Below, in pieces: positions 1 through 12,600 of a stretch of DNA of 64,000 nucleotides (its first letter is position 1; the number at the start of each line of letters is the position of its first letter). Under the pieces are notes generated by a model. It did no database searches. It was not told the DNA's origin and worked only from the letters and a program-made list of their open reading frames with translations. The stretch comes from Catajapyx aquilonaris (lineage: Eukaryota). Made by a program: the position numbers and the translations under genes. Location of the stretch: positions 1-64,000 of the forward strand of contig JYFJ02001337.1 of assembly GCA_000934665.2 (NCBI GenBank), in the 5' to 3' direction.

Positions 1-1720
1 TATGCGAGTTGTTTTCCTATTGTCAGTCTCAAATTTTTTGTCGTAAAAAGAAGGCGGGAAAGTGTCATATTTTGACTAGTTGCCGACGTTACACCGCGAA
101 GTGATTTGTAAATGACACTTTCAGGAGGACAAAAAAATGCGCCTGTGAACCCTGGATAGTGCACATCTTTGTCTATCTAACGATATATTTGAAACATTGA
201 GATCGCCATTTCTGTAATCATAATTAAGTTAATTGCACACCTCCGTTATCTCGGCTGTTTATAATCCTCCCCCGTAAAGAGAGTTCGCGCCACGAAAGTG
301 TAGGCCTCCACGAAAGTGTAGGCCTCTGAGTGAGAGAGAAGGTCTCCCAAGAAGAGTGTAGGCGCTTGACCCTTCTGGGCTTCCGTACTTCTGGGCTTCC
401 GTAGGGCTCCCGTAGGGTTGGGCTCCGACGATCTCCCCAGCTCGCCCCAGCCGAACAACGGTCTAGCCTACAGGACTGGAAACTTTTGACTCAGGATATT
501 AGGCATTGGGCAACGCATTGGCCCATTGGGGTTTGTTAATAAGCAGCACGAAGTCGCCTTCTTGGGCAAAATTTCATGTCGCGGTGTCTTCTGCTTCTTG
601 AAAGCATCTTGAAGTCAGGCATTGACAATTTGTGTGTGTGTGTGCGGAAGTCGTCAGTAATGCAAATCCAGAAAGCCACTTCATTCACAATTTTGTTTAT
701 GAAATATCCAACTTCCATATTATATTTAGCCTAGTCTTCAAGGTCCAACCCATTCAGGTAATCGGACCCAAGCCATTACTTTCACGTGTTGTTATCGATC
801 CCGAATACATCATCAATGCGATGTTGTGTCCTTCAAGCGTAGATCTTATCAATACACCGGTACGGACGTACGGTATATGTCAGACGACTCGCTCTGCCCC
901 ACTTGGGGCCACACGTAAATAAACAGAACAGGTTTTCCGCATCCCTCCGGTCGGTCCCTTTTGAATACGCTAATCGCACGCGACTTAATGAATCCGGCAA
1001 GGTGCTCGCTAATCCTCCCCCACCCCCGACCCGCACCCCAATTGCGGTAATCCACCGGCTGCACTTTATTAAGGCGGCCCGCTCCCATTCATGTCCAGCC
1101 GGCCGCTTGTGCAGCCATCCGTCGGCCAAGAAGCGAACCATCTCGTCGTACCCTGCCGGTGGCTCCACCATTCGGTCGGAAGGCAGGGTGGTACACGACC
1201 CATGACGTGGTATGGCTGACGTGACTTGCAGGCAGCACGTATGGAAATGAGAAGTGGGCAGCATATCCTCCAAGGCCCATGCGGGCTTTAGCTGCCAGGG
1301 GGAATAAAATAGGGGGAATCCCTTGTCCCCCTTTTTCGGGTCAGCAAGCGGACGCAACAAAGCAACCAGGGAATAGGGCAGCTGCAGGTCGGGCAGCGCC
1401 ACGGACACGCATGCGGAGGGCGAGGGAAGCAGGGTATTGGCTGTGGGAACTAGGGACGTGGTAAAAGGCAGGGGTGAGGCAAGCGGGGTGCTGCTGTGAG
1501 GGGAAAGCCAGCCAGCCAGCCAGCTATCCAAGCCAAGCCCGCTCNTTTTCTCTCTTCCCACCCCTGGATCCAGGTTGTGAGAGAGCGGCAGACAGGAAAA
1601 AATAGCGCGATCGGTAGGGAGAACTTATCGAGTTGGGTTGCTAGCTAGTCGCCCCCACCAAGTAGCGGGAAAGGGGGCGGGATAGGGGGGAAAGGCCCGT
1701 GAGCCATCCGCTCTTGCTGC

Positions 1721-1763
1721 TGTGTGTGTGTGTAGAGTGAGAGAGAGAGAGAGAGAGAGAGAG
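1721..1763. repeat. (TG)n/(GA)n microsatellite in the Amun 5' region
   Basis: Direct reading: tgtgtgtgtgtgtagagtgagagagagagagagagagagagag. Confidence 0.85.
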
Positions 1764-2144
1764 CGGTCCGTCCGAGTGTGCAGCTGCGTGTGTACTAATA
1801 CGGGTTGCGTTTTGTGCAGCTTTTTAGTCCGGGTGGGGAGTTGAAGGGGGGTGGGGGACGGACACTCTCTCTACTTTGTATATATAAAAAAGAGGGGCGG
1901 CTGCAGGCATAGGGGGAAAGGCAAAAAAACAGGAGAGAAAGAGGAGAGGCTCAGAGGGCGCTTAGAGGGAACAGCAGGACGTTGTTGGGTTCTGTTGCCG
2001 GCGGTTGTTGCTGACCTCCCTTTGATTGTTGTGTGCAGTGACTGTTTTCGAGGACGGCGGGCGCTTGGAGGTAGCTGCCACCACCACTCCCTCGGTGTAT
2101 CCACCAACCCTTTGCGGCCGATTGCTGGGTTCCGGTAGCGCGCC

Positions 2145-5100
2145 ATGTCTCGAGACACGGCGACCTTCTTCTCGTCTGGCTCCTCGGAGCAGTACGAGTA
2201 CGTGTTGGGGCTGTACCCGGCCGTGCTCAAGATCAAAGCGGAGAGGAAGAACAAGAAGCCACTGGAGCTGATCAAACTGGACGAGTGGTAAGAGATAGAG
2301 AGAGAGACCATGTGCATGATGATGAGTGTGTGAGTGTGTGTACATGCATGAACGATTGGCAGTGCGCGAATGCGGTGTGTGGGCATCATCAAAGAGGACA
2401 CATAAAAAAGGGAGGAGAGGGGGATGGGGTGCAGTGGGTGGTTGGGAGGGAGGCAACACCCACCCACCCACTGGCCTCCCACCCACCCACCCCCCTCCGA
2501 TCAGCCCGCCCGGTTTGCCGTCTTATTTAGCTCGAATGCGGGTCCTTTTGGGGCGGCAGTCAGCTGTCCGCCGCCGATTGTGGGCGACGTTTTAAGCCCG
2601 GTCTGGAATAGGGCGGACGGGCTGTGGGCTAAAGGGAGGAAAAGGCAGGAAGGACGGATATTCCATGATGGCCGTAGCCTCTCCCTGTACCGCTTGGTGG
2701 CGGCAGCAGCACCAGCAAGCCCCTGCAATGCAAAGCCCTACCCCAGCCCAGCAAAATGGACGACGATCTCTGATGGAAAAAAATAGGGATTGAGGAAAAA
2801 CATGATTTTTTGAGGGTTGTTTGTGGCCCCATTCATCGGATATGGAGGGTGATTGGGTATCGGGATGGGAGCCAGGGGAGGCGGGACGGGTGCAATGCGC
2901 CCACCGCACTAGGTGCACTACCGCCTGCTGCACATCATAAAAATGATAGGGGTCACTCACATGCCCGCAGATCATTTATTGCATCAGTGGGGTCGTCTGG
3001 GGGTCTGACCTACCTTTACATGAAGCCCATTTGCTGTACTGCAGAAAGCTGGAATTTGCACAGCCATGCATCATCTGAAATTGGGGCAATAATTCTGTAA
3101 TGACAGTTACATGCAAATGAAAAGGCAGTAACTAGTGACCAAACTGAAAGCATCACTTGAAAGAGTGGGACAAGGAGAGAGAATACTTACAAGTACCAGC
3201 TGGAATCGAATTTACAAGGCTGCATTTCTCCCATTCAGGATGAATTGCTATCATTGTCAAGTTGAAATGTGCATAGATTTTGGGCTGCCAGTATGTGCTT
3301 ATAAGGCTGTAACAGCACAGCTTGATGGGTCAATCAAGATGGCTAGGTGTACTGTGTACACTAGTTATCGCTGGCTACCTCATTATGGGATTAATGCCGT
3401 GATGTAATGAATTGATGAATGAATGAAAGTATTTTCATCAGGATGCCCACAACTTAGATGGAATAAAAGAAGTGGTACCATTTGTATGAAATTAATCATT
3501 CGCAAATGTTGAAAATCCATAAATGACAACTTCAGCAGAAAAAACCACTATTGTGTTTTCATTTCACAAAAGGTCGTTTTTTGTTGTTGTTTTCCTACTA
3601 GCATAGGCATTATTAATGAACCATGATTTTTGTATAATTTAATGGATAGGAAATACTTGTTAGGGCTGGGCGAACTGGAAGTTTACTTCACAAGTTTCTT
3701 CTAGTCCTTCCCTACAAGCCTCAGTCAACATGATTGGAGCCATATGCAAACACCCACTATCCTCTTTCACCAATAACACTGCCATGTTTTTTGCACAACT
3801 TTCAGGAAGTCAGATGCTGCATGATGATATAATAAATGCTCATTTAAGATAAATATTTTCATATGAAAGCATTTACTGTTGGCCCTGATTCAGCAATTCA
3901 GCAGGCCGCATGCCATATACTGCTAATGGTGCACCCACTTTTTTTAGTTTGCAAGATAAGCTCAACTTAACTGCCTGCTTCATGTTCTTTTTCGGCAGGT
4001 ACCAAAATGAGCTCCCCATAAAGATCAAGTCTCGTGGCAAAGATGCACATGTGACCCATGATGAGCTGGTGCAAACCATGAAATGGAAGCTTGCTCGTGG
4101 CAAGTTCTACCCACAGTTGTCAAACCTGGTGAAGATCAACACACCGAAGGCTGTATTGGCTGAAAGCAGGAAGGCCTTCCGCAAGCTACCAAATCTGGAG
4201 TCAGCTATCACTGCCCTGAACAACCTGAAGGGGGTGGGAACCACAATGGCCTCTGCTATCTTGGCTGCAGCCTGTCCGGACCGTGCTCCCTTCATGGCCG
4301 ATGAGTGCCTTATGGCCATCCCAGAGATTGAGGGGATTGACTACACCACCAAGGAGTACCTCAACTTTGTCAACCACATTAGGACCACAGTTGACAGGCT
4401 CAACAGGTCCACTGCCAGTGCAGCAGGAGCAAAGAACAGCACCAGCCCAGCTGCGTCAGGTGAGTTGCCTAGATCTTATGGCCTAGTGTTACAAGTGGTG
4501 TACAGGTGTTTTGGCCAAGTACCCTGTAGGTGACTGGAGTGAAATGATACTGCCCCTGAGAAACTTGCCGAAGAGCATAAGATAATACATTGTTGTGATC
4601 AGAAATGGCATGGTATTTGCAACCCTATTATTATGAATAATTATTATGAACTGCACTTCACAAGGTCATTAATAATGCAATAAAACAATGAATTTGTCTT
4701 CTCCATGCCACTCTTTCCCCATGCTCCAATAGTATGGTTACTGAATCTAGGAAAAAGAGGCATATAAGAAGTTGGTTTTAATTGCCAGATGCCCTTCCAG
4801 CTGAAGGCGGCAGCAGTGGATCTCCACAGTGGAGTGCACACAAAGTGGAATTGGCCCTGTGGACTCACTTTGTGGCCTCAGAGCTGAAACCATCCATATT
4901 GGAGAACATGCCTGGAAACAATGCAGCTGCCCCCCTTAGGTCCTTATCCATGCCTTCTGACGAGGAAGAGGAAGAGGATGCCTCTGTCCTGACCTCCGCT
5001 GCCAGTGAAAATGGAGACTTGCATATTCCAGTAGCAGCGACCAAGAATGGACAGCAGTCCCCAGCAAAGAAGTTGCACCCAGCTACGGTTAGTTCTCTAC

Positions 5101-5920
5101 TAATTACAACTCCCAAAAAACAGCCTGATGGTAATTTAAAGTTATAGTGCGTATTATTTCACATTTCCATATTGTCCATCTCCAGTTGCTTATTCTTCCC
5201 TTATGTCTCTGCCCAGTGGTTTGGGTCAAGGATTTATGTATCGGATGATAGACTGATTACCCAGGAAGATGTTTGGTGAAAATTCCCATACTTTATCACA
5301 GATATTATTGGAGGTCAATCTGCTGGCAGTTTGGCTGCAGTAAATGGTACCAGATGCAGTGGTGGTATTTTCATACCCCCACCCAAAAAGTATAGAATCC
5401 AGTGGAAAACACGAGGTTAAAATAATGATAGTGATTACATTGCAACAATGTTGTGGAGGCTACATTTCTGGCTGTGAAAACCATTTCATTGTACTGTAAT
5501 TTTCAGGAGGTCCTTGAAGAATCAGACAGTACAAGTGACTCTGTACCGGGTGCACCAGCAGCAACCACAGCTACTCCAGCCCCAGCTGCCGTTATTGCTG
5601 CCAGCAAACCAGTTGCTGCCAAAGTGTCATCTACGACATCATCCCCGAGCCACCCTCCCCCTGCACCTCATATGACTGCAGATACAGATGACTCTTCCTC
5701 CTTGGGCATCTCAGAGGAGAGCAGCAGCCGGGGGGCTGCACTTGATGACGAAGATGAGGATGAGGAGGACATGGTGGATGAGGATGATGAAGACATGGAC
5801 ATGGGTCCAGTGCCCAAGAAGACACGACTCATGCCAGGAGTCGGGAATAAGAAGAAGTTGCAGCCCATAAAGGCACCTCCACCACCTGTCACCCACGATG
5901 ACAATGCTCTGCAAGCCTGA
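2145..5920 (+). CDS. Amun: Amun-like nuclear protein with HhH DNA-glycosylase-like domain (4 coding exons, about 438 aa)
   Basis: Exons 2145-2287, 3999-4459, 4789 (or 4801)-5087 and 5507-5920 have GT-AG introns and consistent phases. The translation MSRDTATFF...IKLDEW/YQNELPIKIKSRGKDAHVTHDELVQTMKWKLARGKFYP...LKGVGTTMASAIL...APFMADECLMAIPEIEGIDYTTKEY...WSAHKVELALW matches the recalled Drosophila Amun family. The C-terminus is acidic and low-complexity, with an NLS-like PVPKKTR. Confidence 0.88.
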
Positions 5921-8574
5921 GGATAGAGAGGGGACTTAAGAACCCCATCCCCTCCCTCCCCCCTTCTTCAGGTGGCATGCGTGTGTGCATGATGACCCCT
6001 CCACTTCAGGTAAATGGATGGGTTGGAACCACAGTCTGCCGAGGCTTCTGAGGATCAAGTTGGAATGTGAACCATCAAATTTTTACAAAAATCTACTCTA
6101 TTGTAGCATGGGGTAGTTTTCCAAAAGGAGGAAATACTACTTCCAATATGCTTCTCTTTAGACTTTGCAAACTTGGACTTCTGAGCCATCCAAATGATTC
6201 CTTGCTTCCCTACACACAAATGCACACATGCGGTTGCAGGTATTATGCAAAGCCCCATTGTGGGTTGCCTTTACTTATACCTCCTCCATTTACCATCCCC
6301 TGAAACAAATCTCACTGTAAGATCTTTGGGGAACAGCATTGCAAGAGACTCTGGCAGACACTTGCAGTCCTGTTTCACAATTACCTTCACTTATTTATTG
6401 CTGTTGTAGATTTTTCAACCTTCCCTAACTCCTTCGGTTCAAACCAAAGCAAGGAATCTGCGAAAATCTCCACTTGGAAGGAGAGGAGGGGAAACCTTTT
6501 CCATTTCTTTCTGTGGTGGGAGGTGTCATACTCGATTTGTGTGTGAATGTGTGTGTACATGTGTGGCATCCACCATTGTGTTTTTTTTTTGTTTTCGTTT
6601 CTTTTTTGGAAGACATGCATTTCAGTGATTTTTAATTTTAGCAGGTGGTGGGTGGAGGAGGAGGGTTAGGCTCCCCATTAGATGTAATAGGGCTCCTTGT
6701 GACTTTGGAGCTAGGGAGAATTGGCCTGTGTATTTTGCGCAGGGAGGTGGGTGGAGAGATGGGTGTGTACGCCTTGGGGTGGGGTTGTCACTGCCAACAA
6801 ATGTGTGCATAGTCCACCTTTCTTTCTTTCTTTTTTTTTGGTGTTATATTGGTGGCACATCATGGGGAAATAGCGGCACTTAAAACTGGTGGATGTGGTA
6901 GCAGTGTTGCTGAGAGTGTGGTAGGACATGACTCATTTTTGCTGGGGTGGGTGGGGTAGGGTGAGGTGGGAGGGACTTTCATAATATGTGTGAATGGTTG
7001 AGGAAAGAGTGGGAACATTCCAAGCAACTCATCCTGCTTAGAGGAGGATTGAGTTGCTACTTATTCCTGTGGGTGAATGTGTGTGATTGGGGGCAGGGAT
7101 ATTATGGGCAAGGGTGGGGGGAAGGGCAAAGGTAATGATGCGATAGCTGTGGAAATAGACTGTTATCTCAGGTGCAAGCCAACTTGCAGTTATTAACTGT
7201 ACTTGTAATGATTAGAATCATTATTCCCATTTGTACTGCTGCACTTCTCAGCAATGCTGCACACATACACACAATGCATAATATTGCGTATGCACCCCCC
7301 CACATATCCACCTCCCTTGTTCGAGAGATTTTCAGGCATTTCCCGAGTACTAAAGCGAATAAATGAATCAAACTAGCAATTGCGTAGTAACAGCTATTTA
7401 AAAAACAACTGAGTGAAAATGCCTCCATCTGTGAACTACAGTGCACTACTTTTTCTACACAACCATGGTTTGTAACATCCTCTCCTGTCGTATGGCACTG
7501 GGTACATTTTTCCTGCCGGTACACGTGCCAAGAAGTGTCACAAGTAATTCTTCCCTCCCTCCCATTCCCCCCTCCAGAAGAAGAAGAAGAAAAAAAAAAT
7601 CATTTTTGTACTCAGGAAATAGCGACACACAGGGGTCTGCCATCACAAGCATTTTCGTAAGAGGGCTGTCCCATCCATCCATCCACTTTAATTGGCAGTC
7701 TATGAGTGGCCCAGTGTTTTGGCAGCCTCATGTGTGTTATGTGCGTGTGTGCAATGTTGGGGCGGGGGGCATTCATGTAAGAGTAGTGGTCCACACTAGA
7801 CTTTTAATCCCTTTTTTCTTCCACCTCGTCTCTTGATAATATTGTTAAGACGTGCATCATGATGGAGATATTTTTTCAACCCCGCCCCTCCCTTACCTGC
7901 ACTTGGGAGTTGTGACCACATACGACGGGATGGGTCGACATGCCTCACACATGTTCTGCCTCCTTCCCCCCCTCTGATGTACCCAGCCCAACCTACCCTG
8001 CCCATTCGCCCATATGAGTGGAGGGGGAGGGGGAGGAGAGAGGGAGAGAGAGAAGACGATGGACAAGACTTTTTTAAAAAAAGGCCTTATCACATGCGTT
8101 GGTGAGACATTTTTTATTAGCAAGTCTATTCTTGGATCGGTGACTTGTGTTCCGTTTTGTGATAGAGGGTAGGTAGTGCTACAGTTTTTGTGGACTGGTA
8201 AAACAAAACAACATAATTTAAAAAAACATACAAGAAACAAAAGGAGAAAATAAAGAAAAAACCCCAAAACAGTATGGTTATTCTGTTCCACCTTGCCGAA
8301 GTCTGTCTGTTCACAGGGTCCGCATTGCCTGACCATTCACCGGAGGATTTTGTTGTTCGTACAAGGTGGCCAGGTGTAACCTGGACTCCGCTGGACACCC
8401 CTGAATGGGAACTTTGTCTAGGGTTCTAGGTCTCTAGGGCATAATCTAAATATGGGTCTTGGTGGTGGACTGAGAGCAAGTGACTTGAAAACCATGGTAG
8501 GCCTACCAGGACAAGTCAAATGAAACAGCCAAGATTATGTCAGAAAGTATTACCTCTTCATAAAAAATAGTCAC

Positions 8575-8770
8575 CACCAACATTGAGGCATGGACTTTTT
8601 TGATCCAGTGAGGGTCCGTTAGTGCTTGAATGTGATGAATGTGGGGAGGCTGTCAGTGCTGCCCCATTATGCACAACACTTGCACTGGGCAATCAAGAAC
8701 AAAATAAACAAATGCCGTGGCGTATTGTCTTATTGTCGGAGGGTGTCATCCTGTTGCACAACAACATGCC
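8575..8770 (+). mobile_element. Degenerate mariner (Tc1/mariner) transposase fragment
   Basis: A frameshifted translation gives EGPLVLE..GEAVSAA..TTL..HWAIKNK..CRG..LSEGVILLHNN. This matches the mariner catalytic-domain consensus GETVNAARY..L..AIKNKRRG.LS.GVILLHDNARPH. Confidence 0.7.
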
Positions 8771-9678
8771 AGTACCTGCCAAAGAAGTACGTACTTTGAG
8801 GCATTAGGTGCCATGAGGCATAAACATTTGACAGCTAGGAGCCTAGGGATATAATTCTCTGAAGTTACTCAAAATTAGTTCCTGTCACTCAGCAGGCTGG
8901 TTGCAGATGATTTTGAGGGAGCATGGAGAAATTTGAGTCCAAAATGAATATCCTGGTTCCATTAGTTCACAAGAGAACACTGCCACACTCCAGCTTCATA
9001 AATGATAAATTACAGGGACCAAATAAGGCTAGTTTGCTATGCCTATTTACTGCATTTTTTGATACTTGGGAAGTTCAAACTGCCCTACAACAAAACAATA
9101 GTGATATTCACAGTATGTTTTTGGACTTGAAAAAAACCCCTCAGCAACTGGCCTAAATAGGGTGTATCATTAACCACCTTGTGGTCCAATTGTAGTCAAA
9201 TTTTTCTTTACCTCGGACTGTAACACCATCGTTTAGTCTTTACACCATAAATCCACATAAAAAAGTTTGTGATTGTAACAATATAAACATAACCTGAAGC
9301 CACTCTGTAGACCAGCTGCAACTCAGGGTAAACAGTGGATGAAGGATTTATCATTGTTATAGGCAAATGCTAAAAACTCAATCGAGTTCATGGCACTTTT
9401 AAAACCAGTAATTCATGTCTTACACTATTATAGCAGTAATGGTAGTGACAGCAATGGCAACAAGAGCTAAAATCTGTGCCTCATGTTAAAACTGGATACA
9501 TGTTGTGCTTCGACTTAAAATAGATACACCAGGCTATGGTTGTGTTGCAGGTTGTATCAGGGACAAAGGAGGTGGCATAATGTACTCCTTGATAAATAAT
9601 GCTTCAGCTTCAACTAAATAAGAGAATGAATCATTATCTGAATTCCATTTTATTGGTAACCACACAAGGTTCCTTGAT

Positions 9679-12600
9679 TTACCATTTAGTCATGGCATTG
9701 GCTCCCCAACCAGGTCCGGCGGTACCTTGGCCTCCCCAATCCTCCGTTGCCTGCAAAATGCAAGGTGATGTCACTCAGGTCCTAAAACTGCTTTCCATTG
9801 ATACCAAATACTGGACTAATATAAAATAATGCACGGTTTCACATCTACCAATCTTCTTCAATACCCCTTTCTTCAATAGGCCTGTTCAACAATCCAGGGT
9901 ATTTCTTACTAGTTGAAAATCCTGCTGCCAGGGGTCCAATAAAAGTCGGAAATGATGGGGCGAGAAATGTTGAGGTATCAACTGATAATTAGGAGAACAA
10001 CAAGGCACAATTGTCTGGCCCTTGACACAGGGGCAACCCACAGACAGGCAGAACATCCCATATATTTGCAGTGGTTACCTTCTATCCATTTCAAATATGC
10101 AGTCGGCTCAATTGCCACCACAATTGCACAAATACTGTTGCATATAAAATATTATCAGAATGCCTTATTCAATATCTAACGAAGTAATAATAAATCTCTA
10201 AGTTAATTTGTGTTGAGTGGTGTATTGGATTTCATTGTTGGAAGCAAAAGCAGATTTGGCTATTCACAAAAGATGGGAAAAGTGGGTTCAGGGCAGGGGA
10301 CTCGTCACTGCTTTTCCTGGACCTTGTACATGGTTAAGTGATGTTGGTGCCACCTGAGATGCTCACATACTTTGAAATGGATAGTAGGGGGCTGGATGTG
10401 AGTATGATAATGGTTACTATGTATCAGGTGATGTAACTGTGAGGTCATCACATGTGCAGTCCATCACCACATTCATATCCTGCTAACTATGCAACCACTG
10501 CATGCTCACAGGATATGTCTGCCTCTGCCTGCAATATTGGTGGTTGCCTATCCAGGGGCAAATTGTGTCTGGTAATCTCCTCATAACTTGGTCTCCCTAG
10601 AAACTTCTCATCTGTACATTTTTGACTTGTAATGGGCCAAAGACTGCAGTGGAATATTCCGACTTCATGCTGTGCACTTTAAAAAATTATGTTGTTTGAT
10701 TGCATTATAATGCAACCAAAATGGCCTCAGGAGACAAAGGGTTAATCCCACGCCACACTCCAACAGAACAGCCATAATTTCCTGGCAATGAGAGTAGTCA
10801 TGTCATGTAGTGTTTCCAATGTACAGCAGTTACAAGCAACAAGATGGGTATGCATCCCATCTGCTGTGGGCAATCATGAAGTGCCTCTTGTGCATAATTT
10901 TGCTTGTGATACCTTGGCCACACATGTAACATGACAACTCTACCTTTGCAAGGGAATTACTGCCTTGCGTAATCATGTCTTGGTTGGGGTATGGAGTGGA
11001 ATTGAGATAAGATGATGGGGCATGACTACCAGCAGAATTACGTTACAGTATAGCAAATATATAGCACAGTACATCCTCAATGCATGAGAATGCTCAGAAA
11101 CAATTTAAAAAAAAAAAACACAAAGAATCCTCAAATATCACCCAACACATGCATTCATTAATTACTGGGCAAAACCAAGGGGGTAGCCGCTTCGGAGAGC
11201 CGGTGTACACCCTCACTGGTGAGTCGATGAAAAACTACCTCATTATGACGTCATATCAACCCCGAGGGGCTCTCCGAGGCTCTCCGTGGCATCGGTGAGC
11301 CCATAAGACCGTGGGTGAGCCTGCTGGTGAGCCAGGGGAGAGCCGAAACTCAAGAGCGCTGGTGTACACTTTTTTGAGGAGTGACTACCCCTTGGGCAAA
11401 ACACTATTTGAGCTTTGTACAGTAGGCTCAGAATCCGGTAAAGCAATGAACAGTTGGATTCCGCATTGGGTACACTCAGAGACCTGAATCATCACTGCCT
11501 ACATATTGGTAATTGTTCACTTTAGATGACTATGACCTACAGCCGTTCTCGTGATACTCACTATTCAACTAAGTGTCTAGATACCTAGGGCTGCCTCTTC
11601 CGAGGCGCGGAAGAGCTGTTTCAGAGCAAACACCCGTGTAGAACCGAAGTTACAAACATATGAACACAACGGCCACACATTCCACTACTCCTCGCGGCGC
11701 CATCAGGTCGGCCTGAGTTGATACCAATGGTTGCACCTGTCGATACTCAATACCCTCTCCGTGCTTAATAAGCAGACTTTTATATACTCTTTTTGACGTG
11801 TATCCGCAGAGGATAGGGGTGTATCCCCTGAAGATAGGGCTGTATCCGCAATTTCGTAGGTTAGGTTAGGTTAGGTTAGGTTGGTACATAGAAAAAGGGC
11901 CCTGTTTCCGTTGACAATAGGCATGTATCCGCTGAAGATAGGGCTGTATCCGCAATTTCGGAGGTTAGGTTAGGTTAGGTTGGTACATAGAAAAGGGGCT
12001 AACCTAACCTCCTAAATTGCGGATACAGCCCTATCTTCAGCGGATACATGCCTACCTTCAACGAAAACAGGGCCCTTTTTCAATGTACCAACCTAACCTA
12101 ACCTCCGAAATTGCGGATACAGCCCTATCTTCAGCGGATACACGGCCAAAGTCTGTTCACCATATACCCTTACGCTTATACATCTTACTACAGTACCGTA
12201 TCGGCCGGAAACTCTCCCCTAACCGCAATAGTATCGAGCAGTGGGCTACTATTCGTATGCAACATGGCCGTCCAAAGCGGAATCGGCGACTGGGAGGCGG
12301 ATCGGGAAAACCGCTGTAACTTCGGTTCTACACGGGTGTTTGCGCTAAAACAGCTCTTCCGCGCCTCGGAAGAGGCAGCCCTAGGTATCTAGACACTTAG
12401 TTGAATAGTGAGTATCACGAGAATGGCTGTAGGTCATAGTCATATAAAGTGAACAATTACCTACATATTATCTACAAATAAACCTAACCAAGGAAAAACT
12501 TCCTCCTGGGATAGGATTAAGGCATTAAGCACAACCTAGGCATATGGCCCTACTTACAGTAGCTGTTGACCAATCATCAGTGGTGGCGCCAAACGCCGGT

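Noticed and set aside
290..415. Short tandem duplications (ccacgaaagtgtaggcct x2; cttctgggcttccgta x2) resembling a repeat array
   Set aside because: There are only two adjacent copies of each, with no spacers. This is not CRISPR-like and is probably slippage within a repeat remnant.
833..1561. 242-aa minus-strand ORF (and the overlapping 1871-2482 and 1962-2486 ORFs)
   Set aside because: These lie in the GC-rich promoter and first-exon region of Amun, have no recognisable domain, and are partly antisense to the real exon. They are probably chance ORFs.
11855..12105. (TTAGG)n as telomere or fusion signature
   Set aside because: The tracts are only 2-4 units long and sit inside a TIR element bounded by a TSD.
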